DNA of 64,000 bases, from assembly GCF_044704955.1 (NCBI RefSeq), contig NC_091999.1, forward strand, positions 51,212,001-51,276,000, given 5' to 3'. Numbering within the stretch: position 1 is the first letter of the stretch; every line of letters begins with the position of its first letter. The notes under the pieces are model-generated. The model was not told the DNA's origin and did no database searches. It saw only the letters and a program-made list of their open reading frames with translations. The DNA comes from Pristiophorus japonicus. Its lineage: Eukaryota. Position numbers and translations under genes: made by a program. Positions 63,678 to 64,000 of this stretch are shown here, one piece after another.

Positions 63678-63759
63678 CGGAGTCGGCAGGATTCAAATCT
63701 ATGCGGGGAAACCCGAATGGATTTTTTGTCTATGGCCTTAACCAATGGGCCACGACGAC
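63678..63759 (-). pseudogene. tRNA-Ser-derived pseudogene
   Basis: Degenerate Ser body. Confidence 0.8.
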
Positions 63760-63966
63760 TGGCTCGCTGCCTTTTTAAATGTTACTCAGTTAAAACTCAA
63801 CCATCCATCTCTGTGCAGCAGACGGCCACAGAATAGTGAAAAAGTCACCGTTTGCTAAAAATCTGGAAGAGGCTGTATTTTTGCTGCTCTATATTGCTCT
63901 GGAACTTTTTAATATGAATCTATACCAAGAAACAGAAGCAAAATTCTGCCTTTTGTAAAATGCTGC

Positions 63967-64000
63967 CTCCCGGTTAGGAAATTTTACCGTGTTCTCACGT
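63967..64000 (-). pseudogene. tRNA-Asp pseudogene, 3' part (cut by the window edge)
   Basis: ctcccggttaggaaattttaccgtg at the expected position in the unit. Confidence 0.6.

Larger units (their letters stand above)
36293..64000 (-). repeat. Tandem array of ~2.4-kb units (tRNA-Asp, tRNA-Ser, Deu-SINE, tRNA-Leu, GA-rich spacer); about 12 units, running off the window end
   Basis: Successive tRNA-Leu spacings of 2376, 2404, 2390, 2383, 1609, 2392, 2406, 2402, 2403, 2409 and 2387 bp. Confidence 0.97.

Noticed and set aside
38377-63836. Recurring 60-278-aa ORFs (SLSLC-rich, RERE-rich, and ALTTRPSW...FPKCCS)
   Set aside because: They translate GA-rich spacer, antisense tRNA-Leu and SINE sequence; their recurrence reflects the tandem array, not coding constraint.

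Overview
Vertebrate genomic DNA, almost certainly from a cartilaginous fish (shark or ray). This is inferred from a shark-type IgM heavy-chain C-terminus, CR1/L2 LINEs, a SacSINE1-like Deu-domain SINE and a GPR139/142-like GPCR of the family expanded in elasmobranchs. I see no intact protein-coding gene. Bases 1-36.3 kb are mostly decayed repeats (nested CR1, L2, L1-like and other LINE fragments, plus 54-, 43-, 25- and 67-bp minisatellites). They hold three pseudogenes: (i) a GPR139-like GPCR exon (8190-9414, minus) whose TM4 has been amplified into six 66-bp copies; (ii) a five-finger C2H2 zinc-finger exon (27042-27600); and (iii) 467 bp downstream, an orphan IgM 3' end (Cmu4 + secretory tail with a premature TAG, TM1, damaged TM2) with no V/D/J or Cmu1-3 exons recognisable in the 28 kb upstream. 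From 36.3 kb to the end is a tandem array of about 2.4-kb units. A complete unit carries, all on the minus strand, tRNA-Asp(GTC)-, tRNA-Ser(AGA)- and tRNA-Leu(TAA)-derived genes plus a captured Deu-SINE. The Ser and Asp copies share inactivating lesions, while several Leu-TAA copies remain near-intact. The array also shows an 8.8-kb higher-order duplication, an apparent conversion tract over a tRNA-Leu, anticodon-shifted pseudogenes and older edge units. Nearly all long ORFs in the supplied track are artefacts of repeats. I cannot support a new functional system; the most interesting signals are the tRNA array dynamics, the ZF/IgM orphon junction and the intragenic TM4 amplification. Family assignments are by eye from recalled consensus motifs, not database searches, and repeat boundaries are approximate.
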